Shown: positions 1 to 28,510, numbered from the whole stretch's first letter. The stretch: DNA of 63,867 nucleotides, filler included, from Collodictyon triciliatum (GCA_043381765.1; 5 parts of 4 records of this genome joined end to end with filler, not necessarily neighbours in it); one strand, 5' to 3'. Translations and numbers: made by a program. The notes: generated by a model not told the origin, from the letters alone.

Positions 1-484
1 GATCGGGAATGACATCCACTGAGGCGATGAAGCCGGTAATGTCCCAAATTCCTCTGTAGAGAATATGCCGAGGTTAGAAAATAAAAACGCAACAAGAAAA
101 AAAATTATGAATGAAGAAAATAAAGAAAAATAAAGAAAAATAAAGAAAAATAAAGAAAAATAAAGAAAAATAAAGAAAAATAAAGAAAAATAAAGGAAAA
201 GAAGGAAAAAGAAAAAATAAAGAAAATTAAGAATTAAGAAAGAAAAAGATGCATTTACAAATATAGTGATCGGAGGGTTAAGGACACGACAACAATCACA
301 TAGTAAGTAGATAATAAAAGAACCCGTTCAGTTGCTGGGCATAAGGGCCCCACAAGTCCCCGGCAGGATCGACATGCTTGACAAAGGTATTTTCTGGGAT
401 TGGAACCGCAATTGCAAGACTGCAACACAAGAATGCGATAGCAACAGCTGCAACTGGAGTCGTTGTCCCACGAGTCTTGGTCAT
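1..484 (-). CDS. Secreted hypothetical protein, 5' part (runs off window start)
   Basis: ATG at 484 (in-frame alternative at 520). Signal-peptide-like MTKTRGTTTPVAAVAIAFLCCSLAIA-VPIPENT. A GT-AG intron at 323..54 restores the frame: ...DPAGDLWGPYAQQLNG|GIWDITGFIASVDVIPD. Confidence 0.6.
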
Positions 485-998
485 GGTAGGCCTATGGTGG
501 AATGCAAGAGATGTGGTCATTAGTCTTGTAAGCAAGAAAAATGCCCTGTGGTTTTCTTTTCGAAGTGTTCTATGACTGCGTGTGTGGAATCCCGAGCCAG
601 TGCTTCATCCAGACTTGTTATGCGGGGGTGTTTGTGTTGCATGTGTTGCTTCGTCTTTTTGGAGAAAACTTGAGAGCCCTTTTGACATTTAAATCGAGAA
701 ATATTATATACGGAAACGCTGGGTTTCCCAATGATTCCTTCATTCAGTCGGAATGCATGGAATGAAGCTATCTTCATTGAAAATGAAATCAACAGCAAAT
801 TTCATATATTTGTGTAATTGGCTAATAATAATTTTTGAATTGAATTACAAATATATAAAATGCGACTTTGTAATTTGGCATAGTGTATATAATATATTTT
901 CCATAAAATATCATACAAATCTTACGGGCGCTGTGGTCCGGCTCTTCAGAAGGAATCGTAATTTGTGTTGCGCGGGTAGAGATGGGTGCGTTTTAGAA

Positions 999-1220
999 TT
1001 TGTTTGTTTGTTTGTTTGTTTGTTTGTTTGTTTGTTTGTTTGTTTGTTTGTTTGTTTGTTTGTTTGTTTGTTTGTTTGTTTGTTTGTTTGTTTGTTTGTT
1101 TGTTTGTTTGTTTGTTTGTNNNNNNGTTTGTTTGTTTGTTTGTTTGTTTGTTTGTTTGTTTGTTTGTTTGTTTGTTTGTTTGTTTGTTTGTTTGTTTGTT
1201 TGTTTGTTTGTTTGTTTGTT
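999..1220. repeat. (GTTT)n microsatellite with small gap
   Basis: Perfect tetranucleotide array; the FVCL/TNKQ ORFs here are artefacts of it. Confidence 0.97.
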
Positions 1221-2946
1221 GAAGGGATGCTGCGTTATAGCTTCGGTTCTTCGGAAGAAACATCTTATAATATTTTTTTCCCCCTTTCTCAGAGAGCTTT
1301 TTTATTGTGCAGGTGGAGGGAAAACCCAAGAGAATCAAGGTCGATTTTCATATTCAAGCAATGAAAGCTGAAAAAAATTGGTGTTTTGCTTGGTGGCCTC
1401 CCAATCCGTTTGTACCCTCTTAATGAACACAAAATACTGGCGTGTAGCAGTTTGAAAAAAAAAATCTGGCACGTATAGGACGATGGAGGAAAGTATGCGA
1501 TGTAGCGCAGGCCCTTTCCAAAAATGGACGCGCGGGTTTGTCAACCTTCAATGGCCTTCGGTTTCACTCATTTCTTTTCAGTGTTAGCCTCTCCACAGTA
1601 GTGTCTTCTCTTACTCGCGTTTGTTCTCCACCATGTGCACCTAACCCGCCCCTTTGTATGGCATAACCTCGCTGCACTTTGAATCGAATAAAGGAAAAAA
1701 ACCCCCTTCAATGACCTTGATGTGGTGCCAAAATCTCCCAATGTCCGCGCCGATAGCTGCCCCGGGCCATTATCTTTGCTTATCTCATCGGAACTGCATA
1801 GGGAGAGAGAAAGAGATAGATTATCATAATGCCGAGGATGGGGTTCATTCATTTTGGAAGTGGGAGTATGTGACGTGAACAAGAAGTGGACTTAAGGGCA
1901 TGGACCCAGCCAAAATACCACTTTATTAAACCCGCAGAGATTGGAACCTTGCGCCAAGCGCACCAGCCCACCCGCAACTTTCTTTCTAATCAGTCATGAG
2001 ACTCAGACAGAGCCCATCAAAGTGTCTGCTGTTTGTGACCTACGAAACATAAGCGATAGTATTATGACCTGTTGAATGTGTCAACAAGTGTGATGGAATA
2101 TGGATAAAGGGAAAAAAAAAACAAGGGTGATGGAAATTTACGGTGCCCCAGAAAAGCGCTGGCCGCCCTTGCTCAAATTTTTGAGCAGAGAAACCGGGAA
2201 AAGCATATCCACATTAAGATATTAAATATGGAATATAGTATAAAATACATATATTTCTACAAAGGTATGTAATATGTCCCGATTGTATATAGTTTTCTTT
2301 CCATGTTAATAATAATTTATTTGTATGCGTACCATGCCTTCCTCTGGAAATTACTTTTGAGTTTTCTCCCCTTGTCGCTCAGCAGCCAATAATCCCACCA
2401 CACAAACGAAGCGATTCTATCTCAGCACAGGGCATTTGCGCTTAATTGAGTTGTGCACACTCGAGCGTTATTGACTAAGCCGGCCTCCCTTTTTTTCCTA
2501 CCTGAATCCAAGTTCTTTGTCCTGTCATCCACATTCTGCTCTTTTCTGGGCAACTCAAACAAACACGCTCTGATACGATATTCTGGCAATAAGCAAAAAA
2601 ACAAAAACCAAGAGCCAAAAAAAAAAAAAACAAAACAAAAACAACTTAAAGTCGCTCGTGGTTGCTGGGAATCGTTGGATAAATGTGACAGACTTTTTGT
2701 CTGCCAGTCAATAATTCGAAAAGAAAAAAAAAAGAAGCTCAAGGGCCCGTAAAACTCCACACTCTTTTTTTTTTCCGTCAGAGAATAAGCAGCGTGCCTT
2801 TGAAGAAACACTCGACCACCGACGCAAAGAGAGTTTATTATGATTCTTTTAACGTGCGGAAAAAGAATTCGATGAAAATACCGTCGATCCTTTCAGAAAG
2901 ACAAAATACTAATACTAATTCTAAAACTAATACTGATACTAATACC

Positions 2947-3620
<674 letters not shown>

Positions 3621-3663
3621 CCAAAAAACACAAGATTGCTTTATCGCAAGCTCTTGGAACAGG

Positions 3664-17965
<14,302 letters not shown>

Positions 17966-18334
17966 GAGGTAGACCCTGCCTTCTGTGCTTTTGTCTTTAC
18001 TTCGTCATTATTATTATTATTATTATCATCATCATCATCATTATCATCATTATTATTTCTAAGGGCTTTTTGTTTCTTTAGTCTCTCTTTATTAGATGGC
18101 CTCCTTGGTGCATTCGCTCCGATATCTGCAATTTTGGGGCATATTCACGTTCTTGAGTGCAGATAGGAAAACAGAGAAGTGGATCAAGAGGTTAATACCC
18201 GTGTGGAGTATATATAAAAAGAAATTTCAAAGTTTGTTTGTTTGTTTTGTTTGTTTTGTTTGTTTTGTTTGTTTTGTTTGTTTTGTTTGTTTTGTTTGTT
18301 TTGTTTGTTTTGTTTGTTTTGTTTGTTTTGTTTG

Positions 18335-18434
18335 NNNNNNNNNNNNNNNNNNNNNNNNNNNNNNNNNNNNNNNNNNNNTTAATTAATTAANNNNNNNNNN
18401 NNNNNNNNNNNNNNNNNNNNNNNNNNNNNNNNNN
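18335..18434. other. Artificial scaffold-joining spacer (N44-TTAATTAATTAA-N44)
   Basis: Six-frame stop linker at 18379-18390; the same 100-nt construct occurs four times. Confidence 0.97.
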
Positions 18435-18640
<206 letters not shown>

Positions 18641-18703
18641 TTAGCCCATTTACTACTTCAGATTTGTCGATACGATTGTGGTTGCCTCGTGTTGTCGTGT
18701 TAA

Positions 18704-21142
18704 ATGGGCCACAGACTCAGCCGCCTGAACATCCTGAATGACTCTGGGGAAAATCAACAGGGTGACCAATCGTGGCGTTTATCCCTCCGTCCAGGAACCA
18801 CACACCTTGACATGCACAGCAAAGATTTCGTGCGTATCCCAAATGAGCTCTTTTTTCTCACAAATCTCATCGCGCTTCACTTGGATAACAACCAGGTTTT
18901 TTTTCTTTGGGATTAAAATGGGCTTTCTACTGATAATGTGCCTATATTTTCACCACATCTGATATTTCTTTTAAATATCCATCGAATGGACTGATACGCC
19001 ATTGAAAATCGAGTACTTATTTTTAAAAGAAATACGATCGATAAAGTCAGTGATGAATGATATTTTCTCAGATAATGGAGCTGCCCATGCAGTTTTCTTT
19101 ATTCGGAAGTTTGAATTATCTTGACCTGGGCAGCAATAATGTTTGAAATACATTTAAAAAACAAACCTATTTTACCATATTTATTCTTTAACTGATTTTG
19201 GTTTTGTTGAGTACGCCTATTTTAATCTTCTCCTTATCGTCCTTTTCTTTTTTTTGAAAAATATTTAATTCTTAGTTTATGTCATTTCCTGAACCTGTAT
19301 GTCGGCTGGGAAAATTGAAAGAGCTTCGACTTCAGGCAAACAAGGTTTGATGCATATTGAAAGAACTTTGAGGATTGAATTTTCCAGTAAATATACCTCG
19401 AGCAATTTCTCATTTGCGCTGATGAAATTATATACAACCAAGTTATCAGGTCTCCCAAATTCTTTATCTCAGCTCACTTCCTTGACACTCCTTAGACTGG
19501 ACCATAACAGAGTAATTGCTGAATTTCAACACGAATATTATCTTTGCATAAGGAATATGAATGAAAGAAAAAGTGTAGGGTCTTATCGAATACAGTCCAG
19601 TTTCTGATTGTATTTGTAAAACATCAAATTCCAGTTCGATTGCATCCCAAACCCTGTCAGTCATTTAACAACTCTAAACTCCATCCATATAGTCGGAAAC
19701 AAGGTTCCCTTACTTTTTAATCGATTCAAAATTACAGAATGGATGGGCTAATAGCACGATATATGATTATTTATATATAAAATTCGACACTATATATACA
19801 TATGAAAATATGCATGCTTTATTGATTTGCCTAAATAAAAAGTGATGAATTCGGTGATTGATTATATCAGATAACTGAGCTCCCAGAATGGTTCCCTGTC
19901 CTTCTCAGCCTGAAATCTATAAATTACTGGGTAACATTATCATATTTTAATGATATTGTGGACATAAAAATAATAAAGTTAGTGAGTATTACTTATATGA
20001 GCCTCATAGTTGATGCCATCTGTAGTAAGTGCTTTGCTGTTATCAAATATATCCAATTATACAAATATTTACTGGACTAATTGCAACACAGAGCGTAACA
20101 TTTTTTATACATAATATATTAAAGCATTTAATACTCCTCTAATTGCGTTTAATTCTAGAGTCAAATACACATCGGCGTAAGTCAACCAAAGAAAAAAAGG
20201 AAAAAAAGGAAAAAAAGGAAAAAAGAAAAGAAGAAAAAAAAGAAAAGAAGAAAAAAAAGAAAAGAAGAAAAGAAGAAAAGAAGAAAAGAAGAANNNNNNN
20301 NNNNNNNNNNNNNNNNNNNNNNNNNNNNNNNNNNNNNNNNNNNNNNNNNNNNNNNNNNNNNNNNNNNNNNNNNNNNNNNNNNNNNNNNNNNNNAAAAATA
20401 AAAAAGAAAAATAAAAAAGAAAAAGAAAAAAGAAAAAAGAAAAAAGAAAAAAGAAAAAAGAAAAAAGAAAAAAGAAAAAAGAAAAAAGAAAAAAGAAAAA
20501 ATAAAAAAGAAAAAAGAAAAAAGAAAAAAGAAAAAAGAAAAAAGAAAAAAGAAAAAAGAAAAAAGAAAAAAGAAAAAAGAAAAAAGAAAAGAGAAAAGGG
20601 AAAAGAAAATAAAGGCACTCAAAACTAATTGTCTATAAGCAGGTATGATTTTTTCCTTTATTTGATTCAAATTGTTTATAAGCACGCATCAGCCAATATA
20701 GCAAATTATGTAATTATATCAAATTAGTAATTTTTATACATGTTACAATATATATATATATTTGACTCTGCAGAGCACGAAAAACGTAAGGATGTTGTTT
20801 TATACATGATAGTATTTTAGAATTCCCCTCATTTGACTAAATTTCTTGTCTACGACCAGGATGTAAGAAATTTAATATATGATATTATTTAATTGTTATT
20901 TATTTGATTTTTAATTCGAGATGGTTTCTTTAAAGATGGTAACCAGAGAAAATTACAGATTGAAATTCAATTATTCACAAAAAATAGAGAAGATACCATA
21001 TACCAACAATGTGAATTGGAAACAGAAAGTAAGTCTGACTGATGTATTTTATTTCCTCTTGTCAAACTGAATATCCATACTCATAAATCTATTTAAAATA
21101 GAATGTAAGAGCTCTTTGAGTCGAAAAAAAAATCTTGTCTGA
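18704..21142 (+). CDS. Small leucine-rich-repeat protein with N-myristoylation-like start (3' exons tentative)
   Basis: Starts MGHRLS. LRR exons at 18704-18895, 19072-19140, 19276-19344, 19443-19511, 19635-19703 and 19871-19930 (e.g. LSGLPNSLSQLTSLTLLRLDHNR). Tentative tail exons 20821-20862, 20959-21028 and 21102-21142 lie beyond a gap. Confidence 0.8.
20188..20610. repeat. A/G-rich simple repeat (AAAAAG/AAAAAAG)n with gap
   Basis: Intronic in the LRR gene. Confidence 0.9.
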
Positions 21143-22288
21143 AATTTCTGAGGTGCATATTTATTTTATAGAGAGTAAGTGAATGTTGCATTACATTCTT
21201 TATTAAGAGATGGTTTTTCTCATATGGTTGATATAACGATAGAACGTAAAATAATTAATAAGAATGACGAACTATTAATGCAATTCATATTTTTCAATAA
21301 AAAATTAATTGGCGCTGGCCATTAAATATTGTACAATAAATCTATTAAAAAGCGAGTGAGCTTCATAGATTCCATGATTCATAGATCCTTATTTGTTCCA
21401 AATGATATGACCCTAAACTAAACAACTTTGTTTCGATGTTAGTCTGTATGTTTCCTTTTGGTTGATATATTTTTCTTTTCTCGTTAATAACACCGAATTA
21501 TTGGTATACTACCGGGAACCAACAGAAGGTATTTTTTCTGTTTTGTTTACTAATCTTTTTAACAAGTGTAATCGTTATTTTTTTTTTAAAAAAAAAATTG
21601 AACAAATGGCCAATATTTTTGTTGATATTTCTCTTTTAACATGTGCATATCATACGACGGGAACAAACCAGATTCTTTTCGCTCCATCCGGAATATCCAA
21701 CCTACCGTGCTGGGGTCAGTCGAAAAAGATTGGCGACGTGAAGTCTCTACTCTTGTACTAGAGCAGCTTATGAAGCAAGAGCATTTCTATTCGACTGTGG
21801 AAAAATGCTTTGACAACACATTTCACCAACCCCCCCAGGCCATCGCCTTCAAAAGCCCGAGTGATATTAATAGCTGCTCGGTTGTCTGGGACGAGAAATA
21901 TATATATATAAAGATGATGAAACATTGGTCCGTGGAAACCAGAAGGAAAAACAAGAACTTAAGGGCTTTCACTATCCATACAACCACCGCACATACATGC
22001 TTTGACGTTTTGATACTCCTTGTCTTCCCTCCAAACCCTCATTTAAAGGGGGATACCTTCCAAAATAGGGCTCGTCTGTCAAAAAAACAAAACAAAAACA
22101 AAACAAAAAAAACAAAAAAAACAAAAAAAACAAAAAAAAAAACAAAAAAAAAAAAAAAAAAAAAAAAACAAAAAAAACAAAAAAAACAAAAAAAACAAAA
22201 AAAAAAACAATAAAAGAAAAAAGAAGAAAAGGAACCTCCACATTGCTCAACACGAGGAACAAATCAGCAGCACATACACACGACCCCG

Positions 22289-25200
22289 ATGGTTGGGGCC
22301 GATTCTTTGATTCCTGGAGGCCTCGCCAACGCTGCAGTGGCAGGTTATCTGAGCGCAAAGTTCGCGTTGGTTTATCTCAATAAAATCCCAAGTGACGCAG
22401 TCAAACGAGTACCACCAAAGCTCCAAAGCGTGGTTTGTTTTATTTACTTTGTTCCAGTACTTTCACATATATATAAACAGACAGAGACACAGATAAGATA
22501 ATAGCTTAAAATAAAAAAAGAGGAGAAAAAAAAGAAGAGAAGTGATTGTACTGCCAGCGACTCACATAATTCTTCATTTACATACTAATTTTTATTTCGA
22601 AATTGAGTGTGGACTCATCATTTAATGCAAAGAATGGACCTTATTTTGTAATATATTTTCATGTCTTACTTCTTCTCATTTGGTGCACACTCTTTCTCCT
22701 TGCTTAAAGGAACTTCCAAACTCTGCCGGTCCAGGACATGGACCTATTCATCGTAGCATCACATTACCTGACAGGTTCTTTTGTGATAAAAGATAATGGC
22801 GCATAATCTGAAACACCCATCAATCGTTGCAAATTATCAAATACCAAAGCGTTTAAAACGAATACAATAACTTCAATATATATATATACGATTTGCAAAC
22901 AATCACCAACAAAATAGGCTCATATCTACGTTTATCCCGGGATGTTTTACGGGCTACGACCATTTTCAATACGGCGTCAGAAAGCATGCTTCTAATCCTT
23001 TCCTTGGAACTCGGGCATACCTGCCCAATGGTAAACGGGGTCTATATGAATGGAAATCTTATGCTGAGGTGTCTGTTGAAGTCGACTATCTCGCTTCGGC
23101 CTACATCGAACTTGGGTTAAAGCCAAACGATAAAGTTGGTATCTTCATGGGCAATTGTCCAGAGTGGGTTATCTCTGCTCAGGTATACTTTGTCGAACAT
23201 ATTGTTGAGACATTCAATTAAACACAAAATAGAAAAAGAAAATAGAGGAGCCTAAGCCTTTTAAATATGACGATATGTTTTCTTTTAAAATATAGCATAT
23301 ATATACTTGAAATTTATCATAACTCATTCAATAAATAAACGAAAGGAATTATTGGCCATTGCTTATAAACAAGAGTGAGTCGTTATGCATGTATGACTTC
23401 ATTGCGATATTCTCTATTCACTAGGCATGCAATTGTATGTCCATCGTCGGCGTTGCTCTTTACGACACACTGGGTCCTGATGCAGTCCAATTTATTGTCT
23501 CAGATGCCTCCATCACTACGATCGTGTGCACAAAACAAAACACACAAAAGGCAAGTATGGTTAAGACAAGAATAAAGAATGCGTAAAAATGTAGTATCTT
23601 TACAAAATACTGTAAACCTCAATTAGGCGATGGCGATTTCCTCTGTTTTGTTTTTCCTTCAATAAACTGATGAACAGAAACAAAAAAAATCATCGATTCT
23701 AATTCAAACAGCCAAGTAACACACAGTTATATCCTGTTCGCAGGTTTTGAAGGTGATCGGTCAAATACCGTCTCTTACCCAGATTATTGAGGTTCACCTA
23801 GGCAAAGACCTTGAAACAACCCCAAGCACTGCTCAAGTAAACATCATCAGTTTGAAGGTGAAGTGTACCTCTTGAATATACACTTCCCAAACGGTGATAT
23901 TCAATTTTTTTTCGGTCTATTGATTATTATTTTTTCTTTTAAATCACATATGATGAAGTATTCCAAAAAAAAAAGTAGAAAGCTGAGTGTCCCAAACAAT
24001 TTGAACCAGAAAAATGATAAATTCAGTTGTCTTAAGAGATATGATTTCATTATATACAGGACGCCCTTGAATTAGGAAGAAGAAGTCCTCACAAACATGT
24101 TCCGCCAACTCCTGAATCGATTTACACAATTAGCTATACAAGTGGCACAACAGGGAATCCAAAGGTTGCTTTGAACTACATTTTTCTCTTTCTCTTTATT
24201 CTCCCTTTCTTTTTCTTACTTTCACGCAGCTTTAACCAAAATTCAAATTTATCAGGGAGTTGTTTTAACCCACGCAAACATTTGTGCCTTCGTCTCTGCG
24301 AATCAATACGGAGACCATTACAATCGAGAAAAGTTTTTTTTGATTTGATTTGATTGACTTTGCATACCAAATAAATATTTTTGAACCTCAAGATATGTAA
24401 TTATTTGTAAAACTGGTACCTTTTCACCAGCAACATCCTGTGAACCAATTATGATGTATTTAATCCTAGGGGGAAGACACATCTACTCCTTTTCAAAAGA
24501 GAACAAGTTGAAAGGCATATTTCGTACTTACCTCTGGCCCATCTGTACGAAAGGGCTGTACACGAGCTGCACTTTGTAGAGGGAACAAGCATAGGATTCT
24601 CTCAGGTGTGTTCTTTTATGTAAACATCTTAAAATCATGTTTACTATCTTAGTAATGGATGTTCGATACTAGGGAGATCCTAACCTTCTATTTGAGGATA
24701 TTTATGTCCTTAAGCCTACTATTTTTGCCAGTGTTCCTCGTATTTTCAATCGACTTTACGACAAAGTATGTAGAAAACTTGATATAAATCCTTTGTAGTA
24801 TTTTTTTATTCATTTATTCATTAATTCTGCTGTACTTCTCATTCGAATATACAAACGAATATACACCACAGATCAATACTGCAGTCGCATCGGGTGGCGT
24901 TGTTAAGAAAAAGTTATTTGACTTTGCATTTCAACAGAAGATGATTATGCTGAGACAAGGATATGTGACCCGTAATAGTCACTGGGATAGGATAGTCTTT
25001 AAAAAAATTCAAGGTTTTCCTCTCCTATTTGTGTTCCTCTGGAATGATATGGATTCACATACTTTTTAGATATCTTTACTCAGATATATCGACATTGCCT
25101 TTTATGAATACACGCAGAAATATTGGGTGGTCATGTTCGGATTATGTTGACTGGGTCAGCTCCTATAGCCTCTCATGTACTTGACTGGTTTCGCGTAGTT

Positions 25201-26800
25201 TTCGGCTGTGATATCAAGGTAATCGGATTGTCTGATAATATATATTTACCTTTTTCATGAAAATCATTTAAATTTCTTTCGCGTTAGATAAACTGTAAAA
25301 CACTTGTTAATGATTGTATTCCTTCTTTCTTTTTAAAAAAAAACAAAAACAAAAACAAACAATTTGCATCCTTTACAGGAGGGCTACGGTCAAACTGAGA
25401 CCACAGCAACAGGAACAGGCACTCGGGTGGACGACTTGGTTCCTCAGGGAGTTGGGGCACCCAACCTTTGTCTTGAAGTTTGCTTGTTTGATGTCCCTGA
25501 AATGAACTACTTCTCCACGGATAACCCACCAAGGGTACGTGTGGATTTATTTTACCAAATACTCTCAGAAAGAAAGGAAAAAGGGATGAAGCAATCGCTC
25601 ATTTTTCTCGTTCAAAAAAAAAAAAAAAGGGTGAGATATGCTTTCGTGGGACATCAGTTTTTCGTGAATACTATAATAACCCAGTGGCAACCAAAGAAAC
25701 TATCGACGGAGAGGGGTGACTTCTCTATCCTTTTTTCTTTTTAATAAAGTAAATATAGAAAAAAATATTTTATTATTGCATGAGACGTATGTACCTGTGG
25801 GAAATCACATCCCACTATATAGAGACATAATTACCAGTTGCCTGTTCTTATTTTTTCTTTTGAAAAATGACCGCTTCTACAATGTGATATACCTTGGAAT
25901 AGGTGGAGTCATTCTGGTGACATCGGGCAATGGAACTCTAATGGTACATTGACAATCATAGATAGAAAAAAGAACCTATTCAAGCTTGCTCAGGTTTTTT
26001 AGAAGTTTTCATTATGTCTAAATATATACATATATTTTTTAACAAACCAATAATCGTGATGATGTTTTTCGTGAAGCCCGTAATCTTCATAAACTTTTGC
26101 CACTAGGGTGAATATATTGCACCCGAAAAGATAGAGAATATTTACAACCGAAGCAAATTTGTGATGCAAAACTTTGTCCACGGGGATTCTATTGAATATT
26201 TCTTGGTCGGTATTGTTGTTCCAGATCCAGAGACCGTCATTCAATGGGCCACTGCGAATGGCCTCCCCGATAGTAAAGTAAAACAAACGCTTCCAAAACA
26301 AAATAAAACAACCATAATTACGAATATGTAAAGGACAAAATCATTTTTTTCTACTGTGTTCCAATTTTTAGCTTTCCATTTAAAGAAGCCCGTTCCTTAT
26401 AAACACGAATTTTCCTACCGTCAATCACAGAATATGTCTGCCTTGTGCAAAAGCGCTAAGCTGAGACAAGTAATAATGGATGACATGAACCGGGTCGGAA
26501 AGGAGGCTGGGTTGAGCGGATTCGAATTTGTCAAGGTAATTTCAGACAGAAAAAAAAAGAGAGGAGCACATACACTTGGATAAATATGACGTTGTCTAAT
26601 CAAAAAACAATGATTCTATAGTTTCTTATTGAGATTCATGAGTTTAGATTATTCACCTCGAGCCCAATCCCCTGTCTGTGGAACGTGGGTTGATTACACC
26701 GACACTAAAAGTGATTCGCTCTGCCTGCCGCAAACACTATCAGGACGTTATCACACAGCTTTACCAAGAAGCCAACAAGGCCCTCAAATCGAAACTGTAG
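22289..26800 (+). CDS. ACSL: Long-chain acyl-CoA synthetase (AMP-binding), C-terminal PTS1 -SKL
   Basis: Spliced motifs: [114 protein letters not shown]...KALKSKL*. One GC-AG intron at 23551-23743. Confidence 0.95.
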
Positions 26801-27301
26801 TCGAGCCTTAAGGCCTCCCCGAAAAATAATAAAGCTCATAGGCGCCCAAGCCTCTTGAGAGCAAACCAGCGTGATAAATATCGACTCCACAATTGACATG
26901 TATGCGCGGACATCTCTGCAAGCGGATAGTTACCGTACCCCACAGGATGTGGCGCATTTCAGGGAACAGGAAGGTGCTTGTTCTATCCAGCCACCCGGTT
27001 GGAACTTTGCTCTTCTGCTCGGAAGTCATGAAGACCAACCCAACAGACACGCGCATCCGGCCATGTATATATCTATGAAGGTTAGTTAGGATACAACACG
27101 TTAATGACATGCTTGTGAGAATGAATCAGATAATGACGCTCAGGAGCCAGTGTTCAAAGACATGAACCCCCGATGAAACACATTGAGAGCGACGACTAAC
27201 TCATAGCTGCCCCTCCACCACGACCAGATAAAAGAAAGAGAAGGAAACAAGAAACCTCTTCACACCACCCGAAGCAGAGACAAAGAAGAACAACCCTCCA
27301 A

Positions 27302-28510
27302 ATGGCTGATTCGGAAACATGGGGGTCGGCCATCCTGGCCAGCATCATTGTGAGCCTGCTTTCGCTGGTGGGGCTTTTCCTGCTGCCGCTGATGACGTCC
27401 ACACACCGCAAACTCGTCTTCACACTGATGATTTGCTTTGCGGCGGGCGCGCTTCTGGGCGATGCCTTCTTCCATCTCATTCCCGAAACCTTCCACCTGA
27501 TTGAAGAAGGCAGCCACGATCACGACCACGATCACGATGATCATGATCATGATCACGATCACAACGACACGATCTCTGATCCGAGTCCAAGCCCGACCGT
27601 CACGGCAACGCTGCAAAGCACAAACATCGGACGACGTGCGTTGGCCATGGGTTTGAGTGTTGTTGCCAACGCGGCGCAAAAAGCCGAAGATCATGATCAC
27701 GATCACGATCACACGCATGAAGAAGAGGACGAAGAAGACGAACACAGCCACGCAAACTCAATCGTGCCTATGCTTTGCCTGATGTTCGGCTTCTTTGCCT
27801 TCTTCTTGCTCGAGACATATCTGCATTCGCGCTGCCACGACCACGGCCTGGAAAACTCGCCCCGCGAAAGCAGCCAACCAACGCCGCAGGCCAACGACGA
27901 CGAAGCTGCAGCTTCCGGCTCGCTCCTGCCTCATTCCCATGCCCCGTATCATCCATACACACAGGCCAAAGGCCACTCACATTCTCACTCACATCCTCAC
28001 TCGGCGGTAGACCACGTTGAAGACGGCCTCCAACCGCAAGTCGGAAGCGTCTTTGAGGCGCCGCCTGTCGGGCTCATGATGATCCTCTCTGATGGGCTGC
28101 ATAACTTTGTGGACGGCCTGGCCATCGGCTCGGCCTTCAGCTCGGACTTTAACACGGGCATTGCAACGACGGTTGCCATTGTTTCCCATGAAATCCCAGC
28201 TGAGTTGGGCGAGATGGCTGTTCTCTTGTCGTCCGGATACTCAAAGTTCCAGGCTGTCTGTCTGAATCTGCTCAGTGGCTCGACTTCGCTTCTGGGTGCC
28301 GTTATTGGGGTGGTTGTTGGGGAAAACATCGACAATGCGGAGCAGTATATTCTGCCGATAGTTGCGGGCGGGTTCATCTATATCTCGTGTGTCGACTTGC
28401 TCTCGGGGATTCTCAACTCCCACGGAACATCGCCGATTTCAATCAGGTGGAAGCTGCTTGCCATCTGGGTCGGCATTGCAATTATGATTGGCATTACCTA
28501 TCTAGAGTAG
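27302..28510 (+). CDS. ZIP (SLC39/LIV-1-like) divalent metal transporter, copy 1, intronless, His-rich loops
   Basis: 402 aa. FAAGALLGDAFFHLIPE, SDGLHNFVDGLAIG, HEIPAELGE, AGGFIYI; His/Asp-rich loops. Confidence 0.95.
   Translation: MADSETWGSAILASIIVSLLSLVGLFLLPLMTSTHRKLVFTLMICFAAGALLGDAFFHLIPETFHLIEEGSHDHDHDHDDHDHDHDHNDTISDPSPSPTVTATLQSTNIGRRALAMGLSVVANAAQKAEDHDHDHDHTHEEEDEEDEHSHANSIVPMLCLMFGFFAFFLLETYLHSRCHDHGLENSPRESSQPTPQANDDEAAASGSLLPHSHAPYHPYTQAKGHSHSHSHPHSAVDHVEDGLQPQVGSVFEAPPVGLMMILSDGLHNFVDGLAIGSAFSSDFNTGIATTVAIVSHEIPAELGEMAVLLSSGYSKFQAVCLNLLSGSTSLLGAVIGVVVGENIDNAEQYILPIVAGGFIYISCVDLLSGILNSHGTSPISIRWKLLAIWVGIAIMIGITYLE

Noticed and set aside
753..1371. Long ORFs of FVCL/TNKQ and similar (also poly-K, poly-F, YVMLC, SIYL ORFs elsewhere)
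   Set aside because: They are translations of stop-free microsatellites or N-gaps, not genes.
1400..2900. Possible small gene or ncRNA in the divergent intergenic region (also 37740-38600)
   Set aside because: No recognisable tRNA, snRNA or snoRNA motifs and no coherent exon chain by eye; an Rfam/Infernal search would be needed.
18379..18390. Palindromic TTAATTAATTAA as a biological element (e.g. piggyBac TTAA site or telomere)
   Set aside because: It is always centred in 44+44 Ns, which marks a synthetic six-frame stop linker.
21641..22213. 190-aa ORF between the LRR and ACSL genes
   Set aside because: Non-ATG start, ends in an A-rich repeat, no motif, and no phase-consistent link to its neighbours.
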